Of a DNA stretch of 64,000 nucleotides, positions 37,401 through 51,900 are shown one piece after another. Source of the DNA: Lingula anatina (Eukaryota; Animalia; Brachiopoda); NCBI GenBank assembly GCA_051362555.1, contig CM120643.1:18604848-18668847 (forward strand). Reading direction: 5' to 3'. How positions within the stretch are numbered: the first letter of the stretch is position 1; every line of letters starts with the position of its first letter. The position numbers were made by a program, and so were the translations under genes. The notes beneath the pieces are model-generated. The model was given only the letters and a program-made list of their open reading frames with translations, had not been told where the DNA came from and ran no database searches.

Positions 37401-40400
37401 TAAAAATTGAAACTAGAAACATTCTAAGATTTTTGTCACAAAATGCATTACATACACCATAACTTATCACGCTAAAAGAAATAAAAAAGCATTTAGTATA
37501 CAAAGCAGAACTAACCCCAAGCGACTGGCATGTAAATTTTCAGAGCTCTCTCCGAGAGCACTCCAGAAATGATGATAGAGAAAAGGCAGACAGCCTCCAT
37601 TACCAACCAGGCAAATGATGTCAGGTAGAAGTAATGCATCAAAATGGAGAGAGCCTGACAGTAAACCTGAAACAAAACACATAATTTATGCATAATCTAT
37701 ACAAAGTATCTGACATGTTTAATTGAGGCTATAGTTACCATTTGATAAAAGTAACATAAGAGTTTCTGATAATTTTTAATTATAACCACACCAAGGACAT
37801 GATCATATCATTTAAATGCCTTACAAAAAGTGACTACTTATATTTCAATGCAAGAGAAATTAGATCCGTAAATAGTTTTTTTCTAAAAAAAAAAAAAAAA
37901 AAAAAAAAACTTACCAGGTGATCTTGTGCTGTCCACAAGAGACAAAACCAGAGACTGGCAAAAAAGATGGCCACTGCCAGATTGATGTCCGCTATTCCTC
38001 GATCATCCAGTAGTCTCCTGACATAAACATGATATCATGACATTTACAATGTGTAACTGCCAGTTTAATATAAAACACACCAATCTCTCTCTCTCTTTAA
38101 ATATAGAGACCAAGCAGTTTGCACAATCAAAATTGAGAGTTCTTCTTGTGTCAACAGGACCAATGAAGTGTCTAAGCAGATTGAGCTTTAAATGATCATA
38201 AATCATTGTTAAACAAACAAATACACTGAAACACACCATGGTTTTACAGAAGATGATTGGCAAGTATACCTTTTTGGGATTGACAAAAAAGTATGTACTT
38301 ACTCCCATGCTTTGACTAGTATAACAATGAAGAAAATGAGGGATCCCATTGATATCGCCATGGTAACCCAGGTAATTATGCTCAAGGCCAGTTTGAAGTG
38401 GTCAGGCTGAAAATATGATAAAAATATTGTTTCATGAAATTTCACGATGAAAATATGAAATTAAGATTTGTTATTGTTGTGTGTATGTGAGTGTGTATGT
38501 GTCTTTAAGAAGCCAATCTATTTAAGTGAAACAAGAAATCACTTGCTTGACTACTGATTGATTTATCCATCAATTTCTTAAGTCTTTAACTTTATTATTT
38601 TACAAATATTTAGCGCATCTACCAACTCATTATCCATTTATCTAACTTATTAATTGTCATCAATTCACAGCTTAAAACTACATTCTCTCTGATACAGCTC
38701 CATCCTACTTTATTTTTGTCTAAACCCACACACTTGTCTGTAATCAACAATTAAATTTAAAAAATGCTTAACAGTTACAACCATACAACATAAACATATT
38801 AGATGCATTTTCCTTTTTACTGAATCAGATACAAATATTGGCACAATTATCAAATTCTGTTTTTTCCACAACATAGTGAAACGCCAGTTTAAAAAAAATT
38901 ACATGGTATTACCTCTGTCGTATCTTGGTCAAGCAGCACAGCAAAAGTGGTGAAATGATAACAGTGACACACAGTGTGGGTGACATTTGTACTGTTCCTC
39001 TCACATCCATCTGATGCCCATCCGGCCTTAACATTCCCACTGAAAATATGCCATTTATTCTTATAAAAATGATGATGATAATAAAATCTATCAAACAATA
39101 TTCCATTTGCTTTACACTGAAAAAATCTTACCCCACTGTAAACAAAATAGGACATATCAATTTGAAGATGAATAGATAAAATACATATTTTTAGCCAAGA
39201 ATAGTAACTTAAATTTCAGGGAGGCCTTCACTCTAAAATCAAATATCAAAATGATTATACACTTGAAGAAAAAAGTTAATTTACTGTAATATACACAAAT
39301 AATTAAATATAATATTACATTAAGTTTCTGGACTTTCTTCTATTTTCTCTTTTCTGAAAGGGGGTTTGGTATATGCAGACAATCCTTATTATGTAACAAT
39401 TATTCAATTCTTCTCTCTAATCACCACAAGTATTGGCATACCTTGCCTCCTTCCAGTAATTACATGACCTTTGTCCACTGGCAGTTTTGTCCAGATGTTC
39501 AAGAGTAAAGACAACAGGCGAGGCAAATGTTGTCCCTGATGGTAATTCCGGAACAATGAACATTTCCACTACACGACTGTGCACCTTCACCGACTTCATG
39601 GCTGTCTCACCCCTAGAAATTGTGTATAAAATCGGATTGTTTATGATGACAGAAATGTATTTTTAAGTTATGCATATATTAAGTGAAAGAATCTTTTTTT
39701 TCAAATTCATTCTTTTTTGTACCAAAATTAAAACTCAACTATTCTAAGTGTATTGAAAAATAAAAACATGAATTCTGACCGCATTACCAGGAAGTCTACT
39801 TAAAGTATATAAGTTATCTAATTAACTTCTGACATCTGTATCTAATATTGTATACTTAGGGAAATAAAATAATTGTTTTGCAATAAATACTTATAAAAAT
39901 AAGTGTACTGTAATAATCATAAATGAAAAAAAAATCTTTGTTGAGAAATGTTAACTTACTCAGCTTGCTCATTTGAGATAGATTCGTGGGCTGTGTTGGA
40001 AATGATGATGCCAATCGTGAGTCCACTTGCACCTAAGTATGACAAACAAATTAATAAACTCTAAGCCACAACTCCAGAAAAGATTAAATCAAATAAGTAA
40101 AGCCAAATAGCTTCAAATACGAAAATATCTATTTATTGTTGTGTGTTATAACAAACTGGAACAACTGATAAAAGGATATAAGGAAAAAAAAAAGAGAGAG
40201 AGAGAGACGGAGAGAGCTGGAACTACGTGGGTATACTACATCAGTGCCATATGGGGCATTACAATCAGTGTAGAAAGAGCTGTGCCTATCTCTTTAGCAC
40301 TGAGCATAATTGCTATGTTATTATTATTAACCATTCACGGTTAATTCACAATTAATATGTTGTGTTCACTAACCTGGGATCAAGTTAGGGGGCACAACAA

Positions 40401-42863
40401 TGGAGTCTTGGGGTTGTCCCCATCCCTCCAAGGTACTGTTCACATCTGAGCTTTCTCGCAGCGGGAATGTCGTCTCCTCTGCACACTCTGGGATCACATC
40501 AATCATGTTCAAGACTGAAAAGTGGAATTAATTTTTTTTTAATCTACTGATGTTTTTCTTCAACTTAATTAAGACCACTGAAAAATGAAATTGTGAACAG
40601 AATGTTTTGTTTTGTATATGAAGAAAATTTTTCTGCTGTTTTTTTCTGCTCCTTCTTGACATGACATGACAAAAAATGACAAGATCATGATATGTTTCGT
40701 TTCATTTCATGATCTTGTCATTTTTTGTCATTTCATGATCTTGACATGACATGACAAAAAATGACAAGATCATGAAATGAAACGAAAAATATCATAACTA
40801 AAAATATATAATTACCCATATTCTGAGACACTGTGTTGCTTGCAGAGCAGTTTGTCACTGGTGGCATTTTCTCTGCTACACGTGTTATGTACTTTTTCAA
40901 ATTGCTAATCTGAGATGCAACGTCAGCATTGGCCTACATAACAAACAAAAAAGCCAAAAGTCACCACTTTTCTTCTCAAATTTTACTAAGCAAAAAATTA
41001 AAAAATTCTTAAGTTTATTTTCATTGGTACTTTTTTTAAAGATAAACATAAGGCTTAATTAAATCCTTGACCTACAACCATCTCTGTTTAAGGAACTTTA
41101 TATTTAGTTTCCTCTTATTAGGAAATATATGTTCTAAAACTGTTTTCTTTTTCAATATAAACTGGTTGTTAAGAGTAACACTAAAATGGCTTTACAAATT
41201 GTCTGACTGGTTTAACAACTTAGGACATGAAATTTGAATAATTCTCATTATTCTTATATCTAATATTTACCACTGTAATTTGCTTTAGATTTTCTGCGTT
41301 CGATGCATCGGTATTTTGACTGACTGCATCCATGGCAGCCTAAAATAAAAGATATTTGTAGACTTCATAGAAATGGAACTTACTGGAACCTAATACAGGA
41401 CAGATTGCTGATTACGTATATACTATACACACAGGATTTTACTTCTGAATCAAGTAAAGGTAAGAGACATCAGAGTTATGTTAACACTAACACTACAGGC
41501 TATTAAATTTCTATAAGTAAGAGTATAGCATCTCAAGTTTTCAACCAAAGTATTCATTAAATATCTGAACAGTTTTGTCTATGTTTTGGTGAAATTAATT
41601 TTAGTTTGTGCCTTACCAAAAGATGGCAGCACAGAATCAAAGTTACAAAGTCAAAGCAGGCTGACCTACCCTTCCCAACATTTGTGATATTGCATGTTTA
41701 CTTATTAATAGCATATAAATTGAGAATATAATCATCCCAGCAATAATTCATTGATTTACCTGAAAACGGTCTCTTGCATTTTGCCTTGAGATGGAGGCCG
41801 GAAGATCAGATGTGGCTAGTACTCGTATAGCAAGTGCGACTTCGGACAACTGTGTTGCTGTCTTTGGCTCATTTTCACTATTAGCAGTGGTTTCGTTGTT
41901 AATATCTGACACTATAGCCAAAGCTAATGTCTCAGAAAGAGCAGTTTCATTCCTTTGCGAGCTTTCTATGTTATTTGTGGACATCTGCAAATAAAATTAA
42001 CAAGTTTGTTTATATTCTATTGCTTTACAAACTTAGTCAGGAAGTGAGGTGAAAGTGACCTCAGTTCAAAACATGATAAAAGATTTAAGCTACAATCTGC
42101 TAGTAAAAACTGTTAGACCCCATTCCCAGAGATTAGATTGATCCAACTAGATCGACCTAACTCCCTGAGGGTTCATGCTAAATAGCTGTCAGCCGAGCGG
42201 GCACGAAAGTTAATTACCCCCTTACAGCTCGTAGAAGGCAGACGGACATTTAAGCCGGATTATCTGACAGTAATCTAGTGAGACTCCCCTCGGGGATAGA
42301 TCGATCTAAAATCTATGGGAATGCGCCCTTACATTCAATATAAAAGACATCATCAGAGAGCTAAAGGCCAAACATTAAGGACAAAACATTTCATAAGTTT
42401 TTAGAATTTTTAGTAGCAAGTATGAGTTTTAATATATTAATAAGTTACTATGAAATATCCCATCATCACCACAATAGCAAAATTTAGGTTTCCAGAATTT
42501 GAAAGTCAATGGTTAAATTTTGAGCCATGTTGTTTTTTTTTTGCAGGGATGTGGACTGAAAAACTGTAGTCCAAAAGACTATTTCTCTGAAGGGTATTTT
42601 GATTTGGCTTCCATCAACCAAGATTTTGATGACTTAGGGCGTATTATTTATACATCAACTTACCGCATCAAACAATGCAATGCGGTTAGTGTAGCATGTA
42701 CCCTTGTAGAACAGTGCTGGGGAGCAGGCTGAAAATAAAGAAATAACATTTAATTTAGCAATTTCCATCTTTTCCCTGACCATATTAATAATTATAATTA
42801 TGTTCATAATAACACGTATCTGAACACCATTTATCTACGACATTAATTATATCTCCTTCCTGC

Positions 42864-42914
<51 letters not shown>

Positions 42915-45900
42915 CTTTATTATTATTATTATTATTATTCATAATATATCTGATATCGCAACATCATTAATTAAAGTACTGGAGGACCAGTTCCAAACAT
43001 TCCTAGCTGTACTAGCAGTTGTAGAAGGGTGTATGACAGTGGGTGAAAAAAGGGGGTGGGGGTGGTTACCTGGACCTCACTGCAGTGTAATGTTGTAAAA
43101 ATACTACTGTGCTAATACTTTCATACCATAAGCTTACAAGAAACCAAGACATAGGCCTTCATCAGACCGATGTGAGCAAGTCAGTGAGTAACAACATCTA
43201 CTCACATCAGTCTGATGTAGGCCTACGTCCAGGTTGGCCATAAGCTAACCATATGAAAATATTTTAGCTTGTGTTTTATAATTGTGAAATTAAACAAACT
43301 TTATTACCTGTAAGTTGAAGGGACACAATGACCCCTGGGATTGCACACTCTCTCATATAATCTCTCACTTAACCATGGGGCCATAGTAGAATTATCATAT
43401 ATAAGCTGATGAACATTTTTGCTCATTATAAATCTACTTTATAACCTTAAAGGTCCAAACACTACTTCACTTACCAGCAGTTGTAGAAGGGGGTACAGTG
43501 GTGGGTATCATAGCAACAAAGGGGGTGGGTGTAACCGTGGTAACCTGAACATCATTAGTGTCCACAGTAACTGAAAATGGAGACATTCTGTGAATTTAAA
43601 ACATAGTTAAAGCATATCATACAATTGTTATATATTAAATAACTATATGACATGTATAATTATAAGAGTTCAATATTTAGTTTTTGAAATAGGCAGAAGT
43701 GCTGGTGAAGATTACAATAAATTCATTTAAATTAACAAATAAATTTTATACAAATATATCATAATTATAATACTCATAATTTATTATGTTAAACTGTGTG
43801 TAATACACAGACAAGTTTCTTACTAGTGGTTAATGAAATAGGCTGAAGTTAATAAAGTTTACAATAAATGCTTTATCAAATATAAAACCAAACTGAGTTA
43901 AGGATCTTTTACTTAATTGTGACAGATATTTTGTTATGAGAACTTGTAACATAACCTGCTGCAATACTGTGGTCAATATACATGACTACAAAATTCAATG
44001 TTGTGAACATTTACATTATTTGACTCTTACATTTACTTTGATGAATTGATGAGCATTAGGTTACAGTACTAAGTAATTTGGTAAGATATGTAGTACAAAA
44101 CACAGTGTGTGTGAGCTAGTGTTCAATTTTCTGAAAGTAATATAAATGTTCCTGACATAAAAAGAGCAGTAAATAAAATTAATTTATTTACTTATTAATT
44201 AAAAATTGATAATTAAATTAACAAATAAATTAATAAATTAATCCTTACCAACACTATCACAGCTCTCTCCCTTAAGAATAGTTCTTGTTAAAGGATCACT
44301 GAAGTTGGAATACTGATTGTAAAAGGCCACACTGTCGAATACAATTGTCCCAGGGAATGATGGACTTTCGATGAAGTTGGCCCGGGCTAAGAACACATTA
44401 CTGGTGGCCGGGGCAGGAAGGGTGGCAGGCTCTCCCACTCTGTATGCGTTTGATGGTGGATCTGAATTGTAAAAATTTGAAAGTAAAATATGCCAGAAAA
44501 AAAATGTATGCATATACAAAAATACTAGAAAATAAAAAATCATTGTGCCCAAAGAAGATTTTCAGTGCAATAGCTTTGTCATTGTCTTCAGGGTAAACCT
44601 ATAGGGGATTACTTTATGCCTTACAGGTAAAAACACATTAAGGTACTATAGAAATAAATCACTTTTTAATCAAATATATTTTAATTTAAAAAACATTACA
44701 AATGATTGAATCATTCTGTGTCAATTCCTGCTGTGAAAAAACAGATGCTCAAGAAACAGGCACTGAGTGTATAAAATTATCAGATGTCATATTTATAAGT
44801 TTCCTATACACTGATCTTAATGTTATAGTTATGTGTCCCAGCTTCTTCATTTTCTTATCTCCATATATGCGAACAAAGCAGGCATTCTTTGAACTTCAAA
44901 TACATAGAAACTGGCCTGGATGGCTCATACCTGAACCTCCAGATAGTTTTCTACTGACCTTTTCTTACATCGTCCAATAACATGACCAGTCCCTCTGTGT
45001 TTGTCCGTCTCCAGGTCAGGCCTATGGTTATCCACTGGTCAATGGGAACGCCGGTCACTGTAGCGTCCCATGTAGTGGTCCCATCATTCAGGTAAGCTCT
45101 GACTTGGAAGAACACTCCTGAAATCTTGAAGGCGATTGCAATTCCTCGGTTGAGTCCATTACCTCCATCTTCCTTATTTTGGAAGCTGTAGCCAGAGCTA
45201 GGGAAGAAACAAGGAGAAATATAAAGGCAATAAAAAAATAATATTAATAATAATAATAACTATAATTGTTACATTACATTATTCTTTTTAGAACAAACAA
45301 ATAAATAAATCTTATAAAATGCATTCTTTAAAATCTCGGTGCCCCAAACAATTATTATCACAATTTAAAAATTTCTGACACTATTAAAGCAAAATATAGT
45401 GACTTTAAATCCAAATCCTTTACTTTAGTTTTAATCATCTAAAAAGAATTACAACATTTTGTAAGTTTCTTTTAAAATAAGAGGAATCATGTCAAGTGAT
45501 AGCTCAATATTCTAGTTGCTTTACAATGGGATAAGGAATATTGTGGATGACTTTCCACCCAATGGTAATTAATGCACATTACGCGTATTAAACAAAAGCT
45601 TTGTTTTTAGACTGAACATGATCAAAATGCATCTTATGGTTTACCTAAAGAGGTAGTCATAGTTGTTGCTTCCAATATTCTTCAGTTTCAACTTAAAGGC
45701 AATGGTGAATCCATCAGGACAGAGAGCTGGGTTACTCAGGCAGGTGCTCACAGTGCCTGTATAGAGATATCCATTTTTTTTTCAATAATTTCAAAGATAA
45801 CTAAGTTGTAATAAAATCTGTTGAAAAGTATTTTACCTCATCCATCAAACAAATGTGGTTACATGGCCCATAGTGGTATTTTATTTAATAAAATAATTAA

Positions 45901-48900
45901 CCCAATTCACAACTTCGCATGCTATCAAATTCATGATGATATCCATACTTTACAATTACAGTGAACATATACAGCACTAAATCAGTGCTTGGGTGTTTTC
46001 ATGAATTTGTAGACTTAATGATAATATAATATAAATGAATCATAATATAATATTATTTTACTATGGTACCTATATTGATGTAACCATTCTGGACCAGTAT
46101 GGCTCCATTGGCCTTGCCATTCCTGTCTGCAGCTGGCGTTGTTCCACTCTTTGCAAGATACTGTTCCGCAGAGGTCATACCGAAGGAACTTGTGGCGGAT
46201 GCAAAACAGGGGTCTGAAAAATTAATTTACTTAGTATCATGTATACAGGAATCAAGTATATTAGGAAATGAAAGGGGGGGAGGGGTATTCAATATGCCAC
46301 CACTCCCTTTTCAAAATGCATACAAAACTAAATTAAGAGAAATGCTAATAAACACATTTATGTGAGTTACTCTGAGGACTGCCAATCTAGCCTTGGTGTT
46401 GATTTAAACAATAAAAGAAATGGTTTCTTTTTTTTTATAATCATTTCTTAGCAAAAAACATTTTAAGTCAGTACATTTTCAGTCACTACAACTGAGTAAA
46501 TATTAAATTGTCATCTTTTAGAGATGTGCTTTTGAGTGATTTTTCCTTTTATTCCATTGTATAAAAAAAATATATTTTTAAATAACTTTTGGTATACGAA
46601 CACAAATCTTTATTCATATCTGTCATAATTCCATCTTTTTGGATGAATAGCCAACTTAATATATTATTCATTGGAACATAATTCTTTGAATAATGCACTT
46701 AATCGGATAAGTAATATTCTTATAGTGAATCAACACACCTGTGAATGTAAATAGGAAGTCTGATGTGTAGCTGATTGTGATCTCATCAAAATGTGCATCA
46801 ATTGCAATGGTGGCTGTAGCAAATGGTCTCCCCAGATAGACAGGGTTGTTGTCAACAGATGGCGCTACATTTGCAGCAGACGTCTGAAAGATTTCGCACA
46901 AAATATCCCCTAAAAAGTTGACTTAAATGCATATAAATATGGTGACCGAGGTCACTATTGAACCAGATATCTGTAAGAACTTAAATAAATTATCAATACA
47001 AATTCAAATTATAGTTTTTTCTTGGCCTGAAAACATATGGGACAAATTGCAGAAAGACTAGAAGAAAGACCAAACAAGTCCATAATTAAATCACATAACT
47101 CATTTGACCTTAAGCAAATGTATCAAATACTTTTGCTAAAATCAATATCAAATTTGTCAAGTGTTCAACATTTGCCAACTCCCTGTAATTTTTTAGAGAA
47201 CTTGTATACTAGTAAAAGACTTACTAAAGCCTGTCAATTAACATCAAGAGAAAGTTAAAAGAGAAACATTTCCAAATACAACTCATTATTTACAAGAGAA
47301 AAAGGAAGGAAATCTATTTTTAAGCCCAGACCACCCTAATCTGATTTTTATGGCCATCTGCCCTTAAATGCATTTAGCTTCACCCACCGATCCAGAAACT
47401 TCCTGTCCATCTTTGTAGAACTTAATGCTCTGTGACTCAACAAGATCAGGTGACCATTGCAACACAAAATGGAACCAGGTGTCCACTGGGGCGTTGGTCA
47501 TCACACGGGTATACATGCGTGTTCCTTTATACAGGCGGACACCGACCGAGGTGCCATCTTTCCATATCTGTACTCCACCTAGACAGTGTAAGATAGGCAT
47601 TTTTTAAGTTAAAAATCATCACCAACTAGATTCATAGGAAACACTGAAAAGCAATTATATATACAAATTTGATAATATATTTTATGAGGCATGTATAAAC
47701 AACTGTTATTGACACTTGCAAGAGACAAAAGCAATGATTCAGTTATAATATTCTAAAATTGTATTCTAAAACATACAAAAATAAAAATTAACATTTTTTT
47801 GTATTTAGGATGATTTATGCAATTGAGGATAGTTTAAATACACAGTGAACCAAAGTTATATCAAAATGAAAATAGTCCAGAAAAAAACAAAAAAAAACAA
47901 AAAAAGGTTTTTCTTTTTTCACCTATCCATTCCGTACCTGAATTAAAAAGTGCAGCAGCAGAACCTGAAGGTGTTGTCGGCAGCTTCATGTAGAGACCAA
48001 CAGAAATTCCTGAGGAGCAAACATTTATATCCTTGATGCATTCTCCGTTGAAATTGCCCAATGAAGCATACCCTCCACCTGATGTTGTTTTCACACCTTG
48101 CCCCGAAGAGATATCTCCTTCTTGTATGGTGGCGCCACCATGTGTCGTTAGCTGCTGATCACTGAACTTGCTGATTGGTCCATCCAGGGCCCAGTAGTAG
48201 TCATTCATGTTAAATTTATCAATCTGGGCATCTGGGAAATAATAAAAAGATAACAGTCAAATACAAATTGACAAAAATGATTTGAATTTCATTATCCTAA
48301 TTGTCAAGTGTGGTGCGTACACTTCATGATTGGAAGAGGGCATATAATGCTCCAAAATGAAACAACTTCAGGTAAAATTTCTTCTGTCAGCACATTTACC
48401 TGACATGCCAGTAATTCTAAAAGGTCTGTTGCTCGGAAGAACTGCCATTGGCCAAACGTGCACGCTGTAAGCTTTCATGCTTACCACTCGGGCATCCTGA
48501 CCCGAATGGCAACCAAGAGTAAGCATGGAGTTTGCAGGCATATTCAGTGGCGATGCTGTGGTGCCCGTCGTGTGAACGCCTTCCATGACGCCATTGATGT
48601 ATGCCACCAGACCATCGACTGCATTCCATGTGAAACCCACATTGACCCATTTTCCCACTGGAACCATCTACAAAATGATGAAATTCGTTTTTTCATAAGT
48701 TTGAAAAAGGTACTGACACAGACATAAAAAGAGCAAAGGATAATAATCATTGTTTTAACAAATTAAAATACTTTTGACCCAAGAGCAAATATTTCTAAGA
48801 AAAGACTAAATATTTCAAAATCTCAAAAATTCTAAAATATATTCAGAAAAAATTTTCTACTTGGCAAGAATCTTTATAGACATAATCCTTCCTCTATTTA

Positions 48901-51900
48901 TACTATTACCCTATCTACATTGGGATATCCAGATCATCTTATATAACAATCACCATCATTTTTCAGGGTTGATTCTACTGTCCATAACATGTATTTCATC
49001 ATCCAAAAATAGAAGCTTAAAAACATTTTTGCTTATATCAATAACTGGAACAACATAGCAAGAAAATGAGTTGACTAAAATATTGTCAGCAAATGTTATC
49101 AGAGAAGGATTAAGTTGGCATGAACATTAAATTACCCTTCAACATAAAACAATTACTGAAGGTGTCCACATCCATGAAAAACACACTTACTTTAGAGCTT
49201 GTCTGGACTGTCCAGTCTTTGGCTTCACTCTTCACAACGAACTGCCAATACTGACCATACAAGGACATACTGAACCCTGTCTGGCTTGCAGATGTGAAAG
49301 TCCTGTAAAACAACATTTCCTTTTACTTATTAGTCATATTACTATATCATCTTATGACCAAGAAATAACCAATGAATTTTTAAATCTCTGCATTTATTAT
49401 AACTATTTTACCATCATCATCATCATTATTGTTATTATTCCTCTTAATTTCCGTATGACTGTCACCTTAGTCATCATGTTACACATGTACCTATTAAATA
49501 TTATTATAATACTCATTTGTCAATTTAAATCTTGCCCATAATTTGCTGTTGTGGTAATTCTAATTAATTTTTTTTCATATAAGTATCACCTGATAAGCAT
49601 AAATTAACCACTGTATTTCCTTTAACATTCACAAAAACAAAAACCCACCTCAGTACTGTGTAAGTATTATTGACGGTATCATTGCCTTGAAACTCCCAAT
49701 TAACTTCATTTATTTTAACCCACAGGGCCACTGTGAACCCAGAACAAGCTGTTCCTGGATTGGACAGACAGGCACCACTTGAGTAGGCAGCTAAAAAAGA
49801 AGAAGAAAAAAGAATCAGAATTTGCAATGAGGTTATTATTTGGAATTTTAAAATGGCATTATTTCTTGGTCTTGAGATTTATCATATGAGACAAAACAAA
49901 GATATTTATCCATTCCTGTGCCCTACATGTTGCCATAACTTTCAAAATGTCTTTATCCATTTAACACTTCTATATATGCCTACCTTCTATGTGTAAAAAA
50001 AAATCTTAATACCCCCATACCCCTTTGGATAAATCCTGGATCTGTCAGTGTTTATTAACCTCCTGGCTAATAAACTTACCTAATTTTATATTACTACACA
50101 GGCTGCTGTTGAGACTGTTAGAAATGGTGACCCCAGAGGCGAGGTAGGAGACTTGATTGTGTGCCCCGAGTCTGCCAGAGCTCTGTGTGAGAGAGTAGTC
50201 CTCAAGGTCTGCTAAATGGCTGGACAACATGCTCTTTGGATTCCAGTTAAAGTTAGAGCCTATGTCTTCATAGTAGCTACTCTCTGTAACAGACAGGAAT
50301 GTAGAGATCATTATCAAAGTGCACATTTTTTCTTCCATTTGTCTCAAAAAAAGATGCTTTTTACAACTGCACATCACCACAAAACTTAATCATACTACAC
50401 TTAATAAACCTAATTATAAGGTTTAACAGTAAAATGTAAAATCTCATATGATTTTTTATTATTATCATCATCATTTTGATTATTATTATTAATTTCAAAA
50501 CACTACCAACTTATCTATCTAATCTATCCATCTATCTATCACCATTTATTTCTTCATTTATTTTTTATTTATTTATTCATTAATTCAAAACCATTACCTG
50601 GCAGTTTAAACTTGTCTCTAAAAAGGTACTCTGGCACAAACTCCTCGTACACCGCTATGTCTTCGAAGGTGAAGTCCACCTCAAACCCCTCCATATCATC
50701 ATTTGCATTACTTCGCCCAATGGTGATACGATCAAGATAATCCACCAGCCGAGACTGAGCCTTGGGTGTAGTACTGGATCCGACCACATTGCCATTTAAG
50801 AATGTTAAAAGACCATCAGTTGGGTTCCAGCTAAAACCGACATGCATCCACTGGCCTGGAAAAGTGAATGAGACAGGGATAATAAATAAATAAATCAATT
50901 AATAATATTTTGAAGATGGCATAAATAATATTATATCATAAAACAGTATACAAGGAAAACTGAAACAAAACAATCAATATCAATATTAAATGCTCTTTTA
51001 AGTTTGAAGTATTTTTCCATGTTTTGGCAAAAAAAAACATAATGCAAATATCTCTATCCAAGATCAAATGCAAAAACTCTTACAACAAAAAAAAATCCTC
51101 AAAAACAAAATTCGCATGCAAATGCATTATGCAAAAACCAATCATTGTCAAACAATGATTGCTATTCCAATAATTTAAATAGCAGGTATAAATGTTCAAT
51201 ATGGCCACCAATTACTTAAACAATGCACATATTATCTTGGCATGATTAATGGAGACTTCGATCACCTAAATGATCTCTCCTACTGAGAGTAACTATAGGA
51301 TTCAGGCTGTTTGTTTATCGAATACTGCAAAACATACAAAGTGGCGAATTGATCACCAAACAAAATCAATCAAATATCTTGTGATCTCTGCCATGTGTCT
51401 ATCAATGGGTACAACTGATTATATAGCATTTCAATGTGATCAATAAAGTGATCGATCACTTATCCTTTTCATTTGATAGTTCAATAATTGCCTCCACTGG
51501 CAATGAGCTTTTATGCAACATTTAGTGTAAAAACAAGCTTAGAATGAAGGTCACTGACACCAAGTTTGATTAGTTTTCACAGCCAAATTATGACAAAGAA
51601 AAAAATCATCTAGAATCAAATACATGCATGGCGCCATGTATTGTTAGATTCTACAACCCAAAGGCAACAAATGTTTCTCCAGCAAGTTATACAAGGTTTT
51701 CAACTTTTTTATATCACAGAAGAGAGAAACGACTTCTCAAAGCTTATTGCAATCATAATCTCACAAGAAGCTCACTTCTTAATAACCCTTGTTAATCCTG
51801 TAAATGTTGTTACAAGTAATATATTACATTTTATTTTAATTATGACCATGTTATTCTGTCTGTTATATTCATTATATTGACTTCTATTGGCTGTATGTTA

